Part shown: piece by piece, positions 63,600 through 64,000 of the stretch
Numbering within the stretch: position 1 is the stretch's first letter
How the letters are laid out: each line of letters opens with the position of its first letter
Assembly: GCA_030324005.1 (NCBI GenBank)
Contig: JARDVH010000042.1
Span: 37,178,660-37,242,659, forward strand
Length of the DNA stretch: 64,000 nt
From: Negaprion brevirostris
Taxonomy: Eukaryota
Direction of reading: 5' to 3'
Position numbers and translations under genes: made by a program
The notes under the pieces: generated by a model
What the model saw: the letters and a program-made list of their open reading frames with translations, nothing else
Databases searched by the model: none
What the model was told of the DNA's origin: nothing

Positions 63600-64000
63600 C
63601 ACACAGTCACTATTTCTACCTCTGTAACATCACTCAGCTCATCTGCTATTACTGCTATCATTCATGCCTTAATTACCTTTAGACTTGATGATACCAGTGC
63701 AGTCCTGATTGGTGTCCCACATTCTCTCCTCTGTAAACTTGAGATCATTCAAATTTTGCTGCATATATCATATCTTAAATTGCTCCAAGTCTCACTCACC
63801 TATCACCCCTGTGCTAGTTATCCAACACTGGCCCTCAGTCAAACAACGTCTTGATTTTAAAATTCACATTCTTGTTTTCAAATCTCTCTATGGCCTATCT
63901 CTAACCCTAGAATCTCCTCTCGCCCACCAAGATATCTGTATTCATCTCATTTTGACCTCTTAGATAGCTCTGATTTGAATCACTCCAGCATTGGTGGAGC
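63600..64000 (+). mobile_element. L2-like LINE 3' fragment
   Basis: SPITPVLVIQHWPSVKQRLDFKIHILVFKSLYGL resembles the L2 HITPVLxxLHWLPVxxRIxFKIL motif. Confidence 0.8.

Overview
Vertebrate genomic DNA, almost certainly from a shark (HE1-type V-SINEs, Deu-domain SINEs and abundant CR1/L2 LINE debris). It is a draft assembly with many N gaps. The only host gene is the 3' half of EDIL3 (Del-1) on the minus strand. Five GT-AG exons (63335-63490, 52911-53055, 46095-46279, 8716-8871, 7139-7285) splice into a 789-nt open frame encoding the end of discoidin domain 1 and all of domain 2. A probable repeat-free 3' UTR of about 2.5 kb follows. Two of these exons are missing from the ORF track, and the other track ORFs are spurious or repeat-derived. 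The introns are full of transposons. The main non-obvious signals are: (i) a PIF/Harbinger fossil system, made of a decayed transposase at ~42.6-43.1 kb, a decayed Myb/SANT partner at ~14.3 kb and several TIR elements with 3-bp TSDs; (ii) a tRNA-headed element carrying a LINE endonuclease at 26.5-28.2 kb; (iii) HE1-like SINEs with two unrelated 3' tails; (iv) a ~290-bp duplicated segment, one copy of which sits inside a LINE; (v) an Arg-to-Cys change in EDIL3. I see no convincing, wholly new gene system. Repeat boundaries were read by eye and are approximate unless TSDs are given.
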